64,000 nucleotides of DNA from an uncultured Chloroflexia bacterium (GTDB lineage: Bacteria; Chloroflexota; Limnocylindria; Limnocylindrales; CSP1-4): contig CAVVYR010000008.1 in NCBI GenBank assembly GCA_963752475.1, forward strand, positions 96,001 to 160,000, written 5' to 3'. The notes beneath the pieces were generated by a model that was not told the DNA's origin, did no database searches, and worked only from the letters and a program-made list of their open reading frames with translations. Shown here one piece after another: positions 20,415 through 29,816 of the stretch. The translations under genes were made by a program, and so were the position numbers. The stretch's first letter is position 1, and each line of letters begins with the position of its first letter.

Positions 20415-21428
20415 CTACGGGTTGTAGTCGGGATCGGCCAGCAGGATGCAGCCCCACATGTCCATCTCACGCTCGGCCAGGTTTCCGGCCGTAAGCGCGA
20501 AGCCCGGATCGGGGATCCACTCGTCAGGCTGCGTGTTGCCTTCCTCGATGGCCTTGAGGAGCGCGTCGAGCATGACCTCGGCCTCGAAGTACAGGTTCTG
20601 CACGCCGGTGCTGTCGACGTAGCCTTCCTTGATCTGGCGGCAGGCGTTGACGTCGCCGTCGAGGCCGGCCATCAGCACGTGGTTGGGATCGTCACGCGTG
20701 ACCCACTTGCCCAACTTCTCGAACTCGGTCGCGATGGTGGGGAAGAGGAAGTCGGACGAAGTGAACAGGAAGTCCACGTCGGGGTTGGCAGCCAACGCGG
20801 CCTGCAGGCCGGCCTGGGCGGTGGCGGCGTCCCAGTTGGTGGCGACCTCGATGGGCTCGCCGAAGAACTCGGGGTCGGAGTCGACGACGTCGTAGAAGCC
20901 CTGGTAGCGCCCGACGGCGTTGGGGTCTCCGAGGTCACCGACCATGATGAGCGGCGTCACGGACTCCTTGCCCATCTCCATGGCGACCTCGTAGATGTAC
21001 TGCACGGCGTCGCGGGCGATGGTCTGGTTGTCCGCCTGGACCACGATGGCGTTGCCATCTTCGCTCTGCGGCGGGCGGTTGAAGATGCCGATGGGGATGT
21101 CGGCCGCGTTGGCCTCTTCGATCAGCGTGAGGGCGATCGAGCCATCCTTGGGGATGACGAAGATGCCGTCCACGCCCTGGGCGATGCAGTCACGCTGCAG
21201 CTCGAGCTGCACGTTGGCATCGGGGCTGTACTTCGTGATGACGTTGTGGCCCTGGTCCGCAAGCGTCTCGGTCATGGCCCTGTGACCGGCCAGCCAGAAC
21301 TCGGTCTCGAGGTCCTCGTGGATGAAGCAGATGTCGAGCGCCTCGCTGTCCTGGGCCACGACGGGCACCGCGGACAGGGCGAGCGTTGCGACGGCGGCGA
21401 GCCCGATGGCTCCCTTGAGATTGCGCAT
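20415..21428 (-). CDS. Sugar ABC transporter substrate-binding protein (RbsB-like)
   Basis: Signal peptide; TEFW, IAQGVDGI, ANAADIPI and GLDG motifs; directly upstream of the permeases. Confidence 0.88.
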   Translation of the reverse strand: MRNLKGAIGLAAVATLALSAVPVVAQDSEALDICFIHEDLETEFWLAGHRAMTETLADQGHNVITKYSPDANVQLELQRDCIAQGVDGIFVIPKDGSIALTLIEEANAADIPIGIFNRPPQSEDGNAIVVQADNQTIARDAVQYIYEVAMEMGKESVTPLIMVGDLGDPNAVGRYQGFYDVVDSDPEFFGEPIEVATNWDAATAQAGLQAALAANPDVDFLFTSSDFLFPTIATEFEKLGKWVTRDDPNHVLMAGLDGDVNACRQIKEGYVDSTGVQNLYFEAEVMLDALLKAIEEGNTQPDEWIPDPGFALTAGNLAEREMDMWGCILLADPDYNP

Positions 21429-21505
21429 TCCTGATGTCTCCTCCAGATCAGTGATGTAGACGTCTACTGACTCTCCCTTTGCGCCTTCAGCACCTCCTGT
21501 CTTCG

Positions 21506-22918
21506 CTACTCATGTCGGAAGACCTCCCAGTCGAGGTAGTTCTCGAGCGCCTCGGCCACGGCGTCCGCGGTGTGCGCGGGGCTCATGGCGCAGTGGTGCT
21601 CGAACCCGACCTTGCAGATGAGCTTCAGCAGCGGCTGGAAGTTGGGGATCTCCACGACCGCCCGAGAACCGAAGGTGTCGAGCGGATCGTCGAGGAACTG
21701 GCCCTCAGCCACATATGCCTTGCACTTGCCGTTGATGTCATCGGTGCTGATGCGCGCGATGGTCAGTGGCGCTGCCGGTGCGCGGCCGTTGATCGCGCCG
21801 TAGACGTTGTCGTTGCCGAGCGTGGTGCCCAGCACGTCCGCGATCTGGATCTCAGCCTCGCCTTCGGGGTAGAAGTTGAGCGGCCAGTTGCCGCAGTGGA
21901 AGAGGACACACTTGTCAGGGTCCTCGCCATAGTTGTTGTTGAGATCGACGATGGCGGCCGGCTGCTCGGCAGCCAGCTGCAACGCATACATCGAGGCCAG
22001 CCCGGTGATGTCCGTCTCGCAGGCCGACGGCATGAGCTTGTTGCTCATGATGCTCATGAGCGTGCACACGTTGACGCCGTAGTTCTCCTGCAGGCTGGAC
22101 CAGCACTGCATGGCCGTGGCGTTGAGGTCGTTGTCCGCCATCCAGTCGTCCACGACCACACCCAGCTTGGCCATCTTCACGAGCTTCTCCGGCGGCACCG
22201 TGGGATGAGGCATGTGAGCCCGGATCTCGTCCAGCTTGACCTTGGTCTTGGCATCGTCGTCAGAGAGGCGGTTGGCGTTGCCGAAGACCTCACTGAAGTC
22301 GATGACGCTGACGGCGATGCCGCTGGCTTCGAGCAGCTTCTCGCTATAGCGCACGGTCTTGAAGGCATCAGGCCGGGTGCCGATGGCGCCCAGGCGCGCG
22401 TGCTTCATGCCGTTGGCGACCTTGCACACGCGGACGAACTTGTCGAGATCGGCGCGGAAGGCGTCGGACTGCACCGGCACCGTGTGGTTCTCGGTGAGCG
22501 AGTAGTTGAAGCCGTACTGACGCAGGTCGCTGGAGACGGAGATCTTGCCGCAGAAGGCGTCACGGCGGCGGTCGAGCGTGAAGGCCGTGACGTCGTCGGG
22601 GTAGGCCTGCAGCAGGATGGGCACATCCAGGCCGGACAGGCGCATCGTGTCCGCTACTCCCTTCTCGTCGCCGAAGTTCGGCAACACGACCAGGACGCCC
22701 TCGATGTCCTTGCGTCGCTGATCGAAGAGGTCAGCACAGATCTGCGCCTCCCGCCAGGTCTCCACGCCACCGAGCTTGGTGGCCTGGGCATCGAGGATGA
22801 CTGCCTCGAGATCCATCTCCCCGAACAGGGAGAGCACGTCTGCGCGGGCTTCGGTGACAAGGGCGTCGGGGAAGAAGTCGCGGTTTCCGACGATGACTCC
22901 CAGTGTGGCTCGTGCCAT
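21506..22918 (-). CDS. L-fucose/L-arabinose isomerase family protein
   Basis: LPNFGDE, RRDAFCGK, QCWSS, PSACETD, FHCG and GFEHH motifs. Confidence 0.88.
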   Translation of the reverse strand: MARATLGVIVGNRDFFPDALVTEARADVLSLFGEMDLEAVILDAQATKLGGVETWREAQICADLFDQRRKDIEGVLVVLPNFGDEKGVADTMRLSGLDVPILLQAYPDDVTAFTLDRRRDAFCGKISVSSDLRQYGFNYSLTENHTVPVQSDAFRADLDKFVRVCKVANGMKHARLGAIGTRPDAFKTVRYSEKLLEASGIAVSVIDFSEVFGNANRLSDDDAKTKVKLDEIRAHMPHPTVPPEKLVKMAKLGVVVDDWMADNDLNATAMQCWSSLQENYGVNVCTLMSIMSNKLMPSACETDITGLASMYALQLAAEQPAAIVDLNNNYGEDPDKCVLFHCGNWPLNFYPEGEAEIQIADVLGTTLGNDNVYGAINGRAPAAPLTIARISTDDINGKCKAYVAEGQFLDDPLDTFGSRAVVEIPNFQPLLKLICKVGFEHHCAMSPAHTADAVAEALENYLDWEVFRHE

Positions 22919-22942
22919 GTCCTTCTCCTCCTTGACTCTCTG

Positions 22943-24289
22943 TCAGTCGGTTGCCAGCTGGTCGATGGCAGACAGCAACTCAGGCTCGGCGATCGATCCG
23001 TCCGACCACTGGTCCTGCAGTTGCCGCAGGCTGTACACGGTGGACGGCCTGATCTCGACGTCGGTGGTGGTGATGGGCGTGTCCATGGTCACCGGACGGA
23101 TCACCTTTGCGCCGTTCGCGAGGCCGATGGGCAGCAGTCCCTCGTCACGTGCGGTCTGGTACGTGTCGATCAGGCTGTAGTAGGCGGTGCCACCGATGGC
23201 GTCGAGCGTGTCTCCAGGGACCAGGTCGCGCTTGGCGACGGCGAAGACCTCCGAGGCCAGTCGGTCCAGCGGGACCATGTTCGACTGGCGACGGATGGCC
23301 AGCATCGCGCAGGTCAACGGGACTTCGATGCTGCACAGGTGGAAGGGGCGGAAGAGCGTGTAGTAGGGCCCGTCGCCCATGTCGCGCAGGACCATCGCCT
23401 CACGCAGGCGCGGGTGATCGGTGTGCACGATGAGGAAGACGCCAGGGGCGACCGCCCCGATGCCGTAGTCGACGACGCCCATCTGACCCAGCACGCCGCC
23501 ATCCTCGGTCAGGCGGAAGACCTCGTGGAGGTGGTCGCGGTCGGTCTCCGGGCCGTGCATGCCGCGGATGTCGGGGATCAGGCCGGTGGCGTTCGACACC
23601 GCGGCCATCTCGATCATCGTCTTGGAGCCGTCCACGAACTCGACCAGCATGTTGGGCGAGAGTCCACGTCGGGCGGCCTCGGCCTGGACCGCCGGGTCGG
23701 CCGGCGTGGAGTGGCGGTCGAGCGGGTTGTTCTTGCCCTTGCCTGCGGCCACGATGGTGAAGCCCATCGACTGGGCCAGGTCATAGAGCTCCATGCAGGC
23801 GGCCGGCTCGTCACCCGCGGCGAGCGCGTAGAGCACGCCCTTCTGCACCGCGTACCAGTGCAGCAGTGGGCCTACGGTGATGTCGGTCTCGACGTTCATC
23901 ATGGCCAGGTCCTGGCCGCTCCGCGCCGAGAGCAGGGCGGCGCGGGTGCCCACCTCGGGCACGCCGGTCGACTCGAGCATGACGTCGATCGAGCGCATGG
24001 CCGTGACCACGCGGTAGTCGGGCACGGCCACGTACTTGCCGGCCTCGACCGCGGCGTCGGCCTCTGCCGCGGTCTCGGCGGTCACGACCTCACCCTCGAC
24101 CTGGCCGATACGGTAGGCGTCACGCGCCCGTTCGATGTCAAGGTCCGCGGTGACGACCACGCGCAAGCCCTGCATCTCCTGGGCCGTGGCCACGACGTCA
24201 GTGCCCATCTGGCCGGCACCCACGAGCCCGACGCGGACGGGTCTGCCCTCTGCCTCACGCTGCTGCAGCTCTGCGTTCAGTCCGATCAT
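22943..24289 (-). CDS. DRL/DXR-II-like NAD(P)H oxidoreductase with C-terminal SAF domain (paralog 1)
   Basis: VGLVGAGQMG, MMNVETD, AGDEP, GKGKNN, MLVEFVDGSKTMIEMAA, GMHGP and RPFHL match the Brucella abortus DRL pattern as I recall it. Confidence 0.85.
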   Translation of the reverse strand: MIGLNAELQQREAEGRPVRVGLVGAGQMGTDVVATAQEMQGLRVVVTADLDIERARDAYRIGQVEGEVVTAETAAEADAAVEAGKYVAVPDYRVVTAMRSIDVMLESTGVPEVGTRAALLSARSGQDLAMMNVETDITVGPLLHWYAVQKGVLYALAAGDEPAACMELYDLAQSMGFTIVAAGKGKNNPLDRHSTPADPAVQAEAARRGLSPNMLVEFVDGSKTMIEMAAVSNATGLIPDIRGMHGPETDRDHLHEVFRLTEDGGVLGQMGVVDYGIGAVAPGVFLIVHTDHPRLREAMVLRDMGDGPYYTLFRPFHLCSIEVPLTCAMLAIRRQSNMVPLDRLASEVFAVAKRDLVPGDTLDAIGGTAYYSLIDTYQTARDEGLLPIGLANGAKVIRPVTMDTPITTTDVEIRPSTVYSLRQLQDQWSDGSIAEPELLSAIDQLATD

Positions 24290-24290
24290 G

Positions 24291-25346
24291 TCAGGCCAGT
24301 CCTTCCTGTCCGATCTCGACCATGACCTTGAGCGCCTCCCCTGCCGCGACCGTGCGGAAGACCTGCTCGGCCTGGTCGAGGGGGAAGCTGTGGGTGATGA
24401 TCGCGTCGGGGTCGATCTGGCCCCGCTCCAGCAGCTGCAACGCTTGTCGGTGGTAGTCGGGGTGGTAGCTGAAGGAGCCGATGACGCGGATCTCGTCGTA
24501 GTGGATCCGATTGGCGTGGAGCTCGGTCATGGGCGCGGCCTTGGGCAGGCCACCGAAGAGGACCACAGCGCCCTTCTTGCGCACCGCGTCGACGGCCTGC
24601 TGATGGGTCGCGGCGACGGGGTTGGCACAGATGGCGCTGTCCGCCCCAAGCCCGCCGGTGAACGCCTTGGTCTCCGCCACCACGTCCTGGCTGAACGGGT
24701 CCAGCACGAGATCGGGCTTGAACGGCGCGGCCATCTCGCGGCGCAGCTCGTTAGGTTCGCTAAGGATGACGCGCGCACCCCGGAGGTGAGCGATGGCGGT
24801 ATGCAGGCAACCGATGGGTCCGGCACCCATGACCAGCACGGTGTCGCCCAGCTTGGTGCCGATGTCCTGGTGGCAGGCCTGGACGGAGCTGAGCGGCTCG
24901 CCCAGCGCGCCCTGTGCCCAGCTCAGCGAAGCGGGCATCTTGTGGATGGTGCCGCCCGCGAGCGCGTGCGCCGGTAGCAGGCAGTACTCGGCCAGCCCGC
25001 CCATGAAGCCGGGCGTGATGCCGATCATGGTCATGTCGTCGCAGAGGTTGTAGAGCCCCACGCTGCAGTACCAGCACTTCAGGCAGTGAACGTCTGGCGC
25101 TACGGCAAGGTGATCGCCCACGGCGTAGTCGGTGACCTGGGCGCCGACCTCCGCGACCTCACCGGCGAACTCGTGGCCGGGGACGGTGATGCCGCCTCCC
25201 ACGGGGCCTTCCTTGTAGCGGCGCAGGTCGGAACCACAGACGCCACAGGCACGCACGCGCAGCAGCACGCCGTCCTCGGGGGGTTCCGGGACGGGCACGT
25301 CGACCAGCTCGATGGTCTCGGGGCCGGTCAGCTGAGCGGCTTTCAC
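24291..25346 (-). CDS. Zn-dependent polyol dehydrogenase (sorbitol/L-iditol 2-dehydrogenase-like)
   Basis: CGSD, GHE, CLKCWYC..NLC and GAGPIG motifs. Confidence 0.9.
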   Translation of the reverse strand: MKAAQLTGPETIELVDVPVPEPPEDGVLLRVRACGVCGSDLRRYKEGPVGGGITVPGHEFAGEVAEVGAQVTDYAVGDHLAVAPDVHCLKCWYCSVGLYNLCDDMTMIGITPGFMGGLAEYCLLPAHALAGGTIHKMPASLSWAQGALGEPLSSVQACHQDIGTKLGDTVLVMGAGPIGCLHTAIAHLRGARVILSEPNELRREMAAPFKPDLVLDPFSQDVVAETKAFTGGLGADSAICANPVAATHQQAVDAVRKKGAVVLFGGLPKAAPMTELHANRIHYDEIRVIGSFSYHPDYHRQALQLLERGQIDPDAIITHSFPLDQAEQVFRTVAAGEALKVMVEIGQEGLA

Positions 25347-25951
25347 TTGGCGTCGTTCTCCTTGATCTTGTGGCCGACGGCACCGCCGGGATGGGTCTCA
25401 CCGAAGTCGTCGATGGTGTAGCCGCGGACCTCGAGGAGCGCCACGCAGATGGCGTCACAGAGCGCGGAGTTGAAGAGCGAGCTGCCGGTGGCGACCATGC
25501 CGAAGGGATCGACGCCCTCGGGTGCGGTCACGTGCAGCACGACGTCGGCCAACTGACCCAGGCTGGACCCGGGCTGCTCCGTGATGGCCACGACCATGGC
25601 GCCGCGCTTCCTGGCGATGCCGGCGAGGAAGATGACCTCTGTCGTCTCGCCACCCTTCGACAGGCCGACCCAGACATCGCCCTCGGCCACGGCACCGGCC
25701 GCGCCGTGCTGGCTGTCACCGGGGTGCAGGAAGAGCGCAGGGGTGCCGACGCAGGAGAGCAGGTGGGCGAAGCGCAACGCCACCGCGTGCGAGGTGCCCG
25801 AGCCGGAAACGAGGACCTTACCCTCGCACTCGAGCATGGCCTGCACGACGGCCTCGAAGCTATCGTCGAGCTGCTCGGCGACCGAGGCCACGGCCGCGCT
25901 CTCGCGCTCGATGACCTCGACACCCAATCGGCGGATCGCAGCGGCGTCCAT
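25343..25951 (-). CDS. SIS-domain sugar-phosphate isomerase (KdsD/GutQ-like, no CBS pair)
   Basis: VSGSGTS, FLHPGDSQHG, LSKGGETTE and HPGGAVG motifs. Confidence 0.82.
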   Translation of the reverse strand: MDAAAIRRLGVEVIERESAAVASVAEQLDDSFEAVVQAMLECEGKVLVSGSGTSHAVALRFAHLLSCVGTPALFLHPGDSQHGAAGAVAEGDVWVGLSKGGETTEVIFLAGIARKRGAMVVAITEQPGSSLGQLADVVLHVTAPEGVDPFGMVATGSSLFNSALCDAICVALLEVRGYTIDDFGETHPGGAVGHKIKENDAK

Positions 25952-26913
25952 CACACGTTCTCCAGCAACTTCTCGGCGGTGACCGAGTCGGTGATGAGCA
26001 CGTTGATGAGCTGTCCCGCGAGCGCGGCGCGGATCGCCGCGACCTTCTGCGGACCGCCCGACACGCCCACGACCTTGGGCACCCTCTTGATCTGCTCCAG
26101 GGTCAGGCCGATGATGCGCTCGTTGATCTCGGACTCGAGGCATTCGCCGTTGCTGTCGTAGTAACGCAAGGCGATGTCGCCGACCGTGCCCTTGCGCAGC
26201 AGGTCGTCGAGTTCGGCGCGGGTGATGATCGAACCGTCGCGCATCGTTACCGAGTCGGTGGTGGGAGCGCCGATGCCGACGAAGGCGATGTCGAGGTCGT
26301 CGAAGGCCTCGAACGCCCGCCTGACGTGTACGTCGTCGAGGAGCGCCTCTCGTGTGCGCTGGTCGGCCACGATGCCCGGCACCGGCAACAGCGTGAGCCG
26401 GCACTCGAGCGCGCGGGCCATTCCCCGGCACAGCTCGGTGGCGTGGACCTCCGCGTCTGGCTGGCCGATGCCACCGATGATCTGCACCACCTCCGCGTTG
26501 GGGAAGCGGTGTGTAGACATGCTCGTGACCATGTAGCGCAAGGTGTCGCCCCAGCACATGCCGATGGTGCTGCGGGCCGAGACGACCCGGCCCACGTAGC
26601 CCGCGGCGGCCCTGCCGACGGCCCGGCTGACGTGGCCCTGCGAGTCACCGGGCTGGGCGCCCACGACCACGGCCTCCTGCAGCCCGAAACGGCGCTGCAG
26701 CTCGCTCTCCATGTCAAGGAAGAGATCGTCCGGCTCGACGACGGTGATCTGGACCACGCCCTGCTCGCGTGCCTGCGCCATGAGCCGGGACACCTTCGAG
26801 CGTGAGAGCCCAAGGCGATCGGTGATGGCGTCCTGGTTCAGCCCGTCCTCGTAGTAGAAACGGGCGACCTTGACCAGCAAGCGCAGCTCCTCGTTCGTCG
26901 ACTTCGATGCCAT
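25951..26913 (-). CDS. SorC/DeoR(CggR) family sugar-binding transcriptional regulator
   Basis: VARFYYEDGLNQDAI..LGLSRSKVSRL HTH; WGDTL, AFVGIG and INVLITD motifs. Confidence 0.92.
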   Translation of the reverse strand: MASKSTNEELRLLVKVARFYYEDGLNQDAITDRLGLSRSKVSRLMAQAREQGVVQITVVEPDDLFLDMESELQRRFGLQEAVVVGAQPGDSQGHVSRAVGRAAAGYVGRVVSARSTIGMCWGDTLRYMVTSMSTHRFPNAEVVQIIGGIGQPDAEVHATELCRGMARALECRLTLLPVPGIVADQRTREALLDDVHVRRAFEAFDDLDIAFVGIGAPTTDSVTMRDGSIITRAELDDLLRKGTVGDIALRYYDSNGECLESEINERIIGLTLEQIKRVPKVVGVSGGPQKVAAIRAALAGQLINVLITDSVTAEKLLENV

Positions 26914-26918
26914 CACTC

Positions 26919-26983
26919 TGAGAGAATTCCCACACGTGAGAATATTCTCAGGGAGGCTAGCACGCGAGCGGAAGCGGAGTCAA
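26919..26983 (-). promoter_or_regulatory. Sigma70-type promoter TTGACT-N18-TAGCCT with two tandem palindromic operators
   Basis: -35 at 26978-26983, -10 at 26954-26959; perfect palindrome TGAGAATATTCTCA at 26937-26950; imperfect TGAGAGAATTCCCACA at 26919-26934. Confidence 0.75.
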
Positions 26984-27017
26984 CCGATTCCGCAAACGAA
27001 TGCATGAACGCTGATCC

Positions 27018-27938
27018 CTACCAACCAGCGCCCGGGATGGCATAGCCATTGGGGTACTCGGGGCTGAGCTGCCAGGCAGCGATCCGCTCGGCCAGCTTGA
27101 GCACCGCGATCCCGTCCTCGGCAGAGCGGTCCGAAGAGGGCACCATGGGCGCGCTCTCGATGGTGCAGTAGCCCTCGTAGCCGGTCTTGAGGAAGGCGCG
27201 CATGACCGCCGTCCAGTCGGTCTTGCCGTAGCCGGGCGTGAGCGAGTTGGAGTCACGGAAGTGCCCGTGCCAGAGGTAGGGCTGCGCATCCATGACCGCC
27301 TCGTACGAGCCCAGCTCCTCGAGGTTGACGTGGAAGAAGTCGAGCTGGATGCCGATGTTGTCGCGACCGGTGAGCTCGATGACGCGCTTGTGGTTGGAGG
27401 CGGTGTTGACGAACTTGCCCATCTCCAGGTGGTTCGTGGCCTCGAAGACGAGTCTCATGTCGCGGGTCTTGGCATGGTCGCTCATGGCGCGCAGCGACTC
27501 GACAGCCACGGCCGTGGCGTCGTCGACGTTCTCCGCGGTGATGGGCGCGTGGACGGCCGTGGCCAGCGTCACGGACTTGGCGCCCAGCTCGGCGGCGAAG
27601 TCGATGGACTCCACCGTCTCGCTCACGGCCAGTGCGGCAGTCTTGGGCTCGGTCAGCGTCTTGTAGTCAGGGGAGAAGGGGTCCCACATCTCACCCCAGC
27701 ACTCGTTGACGTTGGAGACGTCCAGCCCGAAGTCGGCCTTGAGCTGCTTGTGCGTGGCGAGGTAGTCCTCCATCGAGACGCCCATGCCGTAGCGGCCCTT
27801 GGGCGGGCAGACCTCGATGGCGTCGTAGCCACAGCGGCTGAGCCGTTCGTAGGTCACCTCCGGGTGCAGGTAGGCCTCCTCCTGTCCGAATGTCAGCTGG
27901 AAGTAGCTGTACTTCTGCGGTGCGAAGTCTGTGGACAC
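27018..27938 (-). CDS. TIM-barrel sugar isomerase/epimerase (D-psicose/D-tagatose 3-epimerase-like)
   Basis: FEATNHLE, LDFFHVNLEE, HFRDSN..PGYG and TIES metal-site pattern. Confidence 0.85.
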   Translation of the reverse strand: MSTDFAPQKYSYFQLTFGQEEAYLHPEVTYERLSRCGYDAIEVCPPKGRYGMGVSMEDYLATHKQLKADFGLDVSNVNECWGEMWDPFSPDYKTLTEPKTAALAVSETVESIDFAAELGAKSVTLATAVHAPITAENVDDATAVAVESLRAMSDHAKTRDMRLVFEATNHLEMGKFVNTASNHKRVIELTGRDNIGIQLDFFHVNLEELGSYEAVMDAQPYLWHGHFRDSNSLTPGYGKTDWTAVMRAFLKTGYEGYCTIESAPMVPSSDRSAEDGIAVLKLAERIAAWQLSPEYPNGYAIPGAGW

Positions 27939-27971
27939 TGGTTCCCCTCCTCCTCGTTGCCCTTGGCTCGT

Positions 27972-28517
27972 TCAGTCCTCGGGCGGGTAGACCTTCTCCG
28001 GTGGGTGGCGGCGCGCCGGCCGCTGGATGAGCTCGATGGTCACGCCGTACACCGCTTCGGTATCGATGTAGGCGTAGTGGCCGTCGCCGTCGGGCCCGAA
28101 GCCGGAACCGTCCATGATCATCCGGAAGCCGGCGGCCTCGGCCTGGGCCAGGGCCTCGCTCATGTCGTCGACGAGCACACCCAGATGCTGGACGCCGAAG
28201 CCGTGCTCCTTGACGAAGTCGGCGTAGACCGTGGGGCCCTCGACCATCTCGATGAACTCCACACGCATGGACCCGAAGTAGGACAACGCCACGCGCATGC
28301 GGTATTCGCAGGGCTGGCCGTAGTACGACATCCGCTGGCACAGGCCAGTGCCGTAGGTGTAGAAGTGCCAGCCACCGATGCCGAAGGCGCGGTGGTACAT
28401 CTCGACCGTCTTGTCGAGGTCCTCGACCACGAAGGCGATCTGGGCGATGCCATCGTCGAGGAACGGCAGTGGCGCCTCTGGCTTGGAGCGCAGCTCGGGT
28501 GTGTCGGCGGCGCTCAT
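27972..28517 (-). CDS. VOC family protein (methylmalonyl-CoA epimerase/glyoxalase-like)
   Basis: IAQIAFVVEDL, VEFIE, GVQHLG and TIELI motifs. Confidence 0.85.
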   Translation of the reverse strand: MSAADTPELRSKPEAPLPFLDDGIAQIAFVVEDLDKTVEMYHRAFGIGGWHFYTYGTGLCQRMSYYGQPCEYRMRVALSYFGSMRVEFIEMVEGPTVYADFVKEHGFGVQHLGVLVDDMSEALAQAEAAGFRMIMDGSGFGPDGDGHYAYIDTEAVYGVTIELIQRPARRHPPEKVYPPED

Positions 28518-29800
28518 GCGTAGAGGGCGTCCTGCAGGCGCCGGAGTCGGGCGACGAAGGTCGATTCATCGACCGTGACGTCCTCGTCGGTGATGGTCGC
28601 GCCCTTGGCGATGGGCCGCTTGACGACGGCGTTCGCGCCGATCCCGATGGGCACGGCGCCGGCGGTTCGCGCCTCCTGGTAGGTCATCAGCACCCCGTAC
28701 CAGTCGGGCCCGCCGATGCCCTCGAGGGTGGCCCCGGGCTCGAGGTCCCGCTTGGCCGTGCACACGACCTCGCTGTGCATCTGCTCGGGCGTGACCGTGA
28801 CCTCGTCGAGCAGCACGGCTTCGGCCACCGACTGCGGCGTCTCGAGGTCGCACAGGTGGTAGGGCCGGAAGTGCAGGTAGTAGGGCCCGTCCGCGTAGGT
28901 GATGAACTTCATCTCCTTGCGGATGCGCTTGTCGTACGAACGCACCACGGCGAAGACACCGGGTGCGATGGGGCCGGTGGAGTAGTCCACGCAGCCGGCC
29001 TTCGAGAGGATGCCGCCATCGGCCTCGGGGATGAAGGTGCTGACCAGGTCGTCGTGCTCGATGAAGGGCCCGTGCATGCCCGGGACGTCCGGCACGAGGC
29101 CGGTCGCGTTGGACACCGCGGCCATCTCCACCATCGTCTTGGTGCCGTCCTTGAAGGCGCTCAGCATCTTGGGGTTCATGCCCTTGCTCGCGGCCTCCGC
29201 GACACAGGCTTCGGGGGTGGCGGCAAGATCGATGGTGTTGTTCTTGCCCTTGCCCAGGGTCACGACCTCGAAGCCCATGAGCAGCGCCTGCTCCCAGAGC
29301 ATCTTGAGCACGCCGGGCTCGTCGCCCGAGGCCACGGTGTAGACCGAGCCCATCTGGCGCGCGAGACGGTCGAGATAGACGCCGATGGTGATGTCGGTCT
29401 CGACGTTCATCATGATCACGGGCACCCGATTCATGATCGCGTCATGGGCCACGCGAGCACCGACGTCCGGCACGCCGGTGACCTCGACGATGGCCTCCAG
29501 GCCCTCGAGTCGCGGCATCGCAAGCGCATCGGGTGTGACCATCGCGCGGCCGGCGCGGATGCCGTCCTCGACCGCGCCCAGGTCCTCGGCCACCTCGATG
29601 TCCCCGGCCTCGCGACCCATGTCAGCGAAGGTGGTCAGGCCGCGCTGCGGATCGAGGTCGGCGATGGCCGCGACGCGCATGCCCTCGATGTTGTTGATGG
29701 CGTGCGCCAGGCCCGAGCCCATCTGGCCGCAGCCAACGATGCCGATGCGGATGGGATCGCCGTCGGCTTCGCGTTGCCTGAGCTTGCTAACGAGCTCCAC
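28514..29800 (-). CDS. DRL/DXR-II-like NAD(P)H oxidoreductase with SAF domain (paralog 2)
   Basis: IGIVGCGQMG, MMNVETD, SGDEP, GKGKNN, FKDGTKTMVEMAA and RPYHL motifs; CAGGAG RBS before GTG. Confidence 0.85.
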   Translation of the reverse strand: MELVSKLRQREADGDPIRIGIVGCGQMGSGLAHAINNIEGMRVAAIADLDPQRGLTTFADMGREAGDIEVAEDLGAVEDGIRAGRAMVTPDALAMPRLEGLEAIVEVTGVPDVGARVAHDAIMNRVPVIMMNVETDITIGVYLDRLARQMGSVYTVASGDEPGVLKMLWEQALLMGFEVVTLGKGKNNTIDLAATPEACVAEAASKGMNPKMLSAFKDGTKTMVEMAAVSNATGLVPDVPGMHGPFIEHDDLVSTFIPEADGGILSKAGCVDYSTGPIAPGVFAVVRSYDKRIRKEMKFITYADGPYYLHFRPYHLCDLETPQSVAEAVLLDEVTVTPEQMHSEVVCTAKRDLEPGATLEGIGGPDWYGVLMTYQEARTAGAVPIGIGANAVVKRPIAKGATITDEDVTVDESTFVARLRRLQDALYA

Positions 29801-29816
29801 GTCTAACTCCTGTCTG

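Noticed and set aside
15537-24325. Long plus-strand ORFs (772 aa, 948 aa and others)
   Set aside because: Antisense to well-supported genes, a common effect of high GC; no recognisable motifs
22943-29800. Calling the SAF proteins homoserine dehydrogenase or flagellar FlgA
   Set aside because: Motifs match the DRL/DXR-II family; no threonine-synthesis or flagellar context
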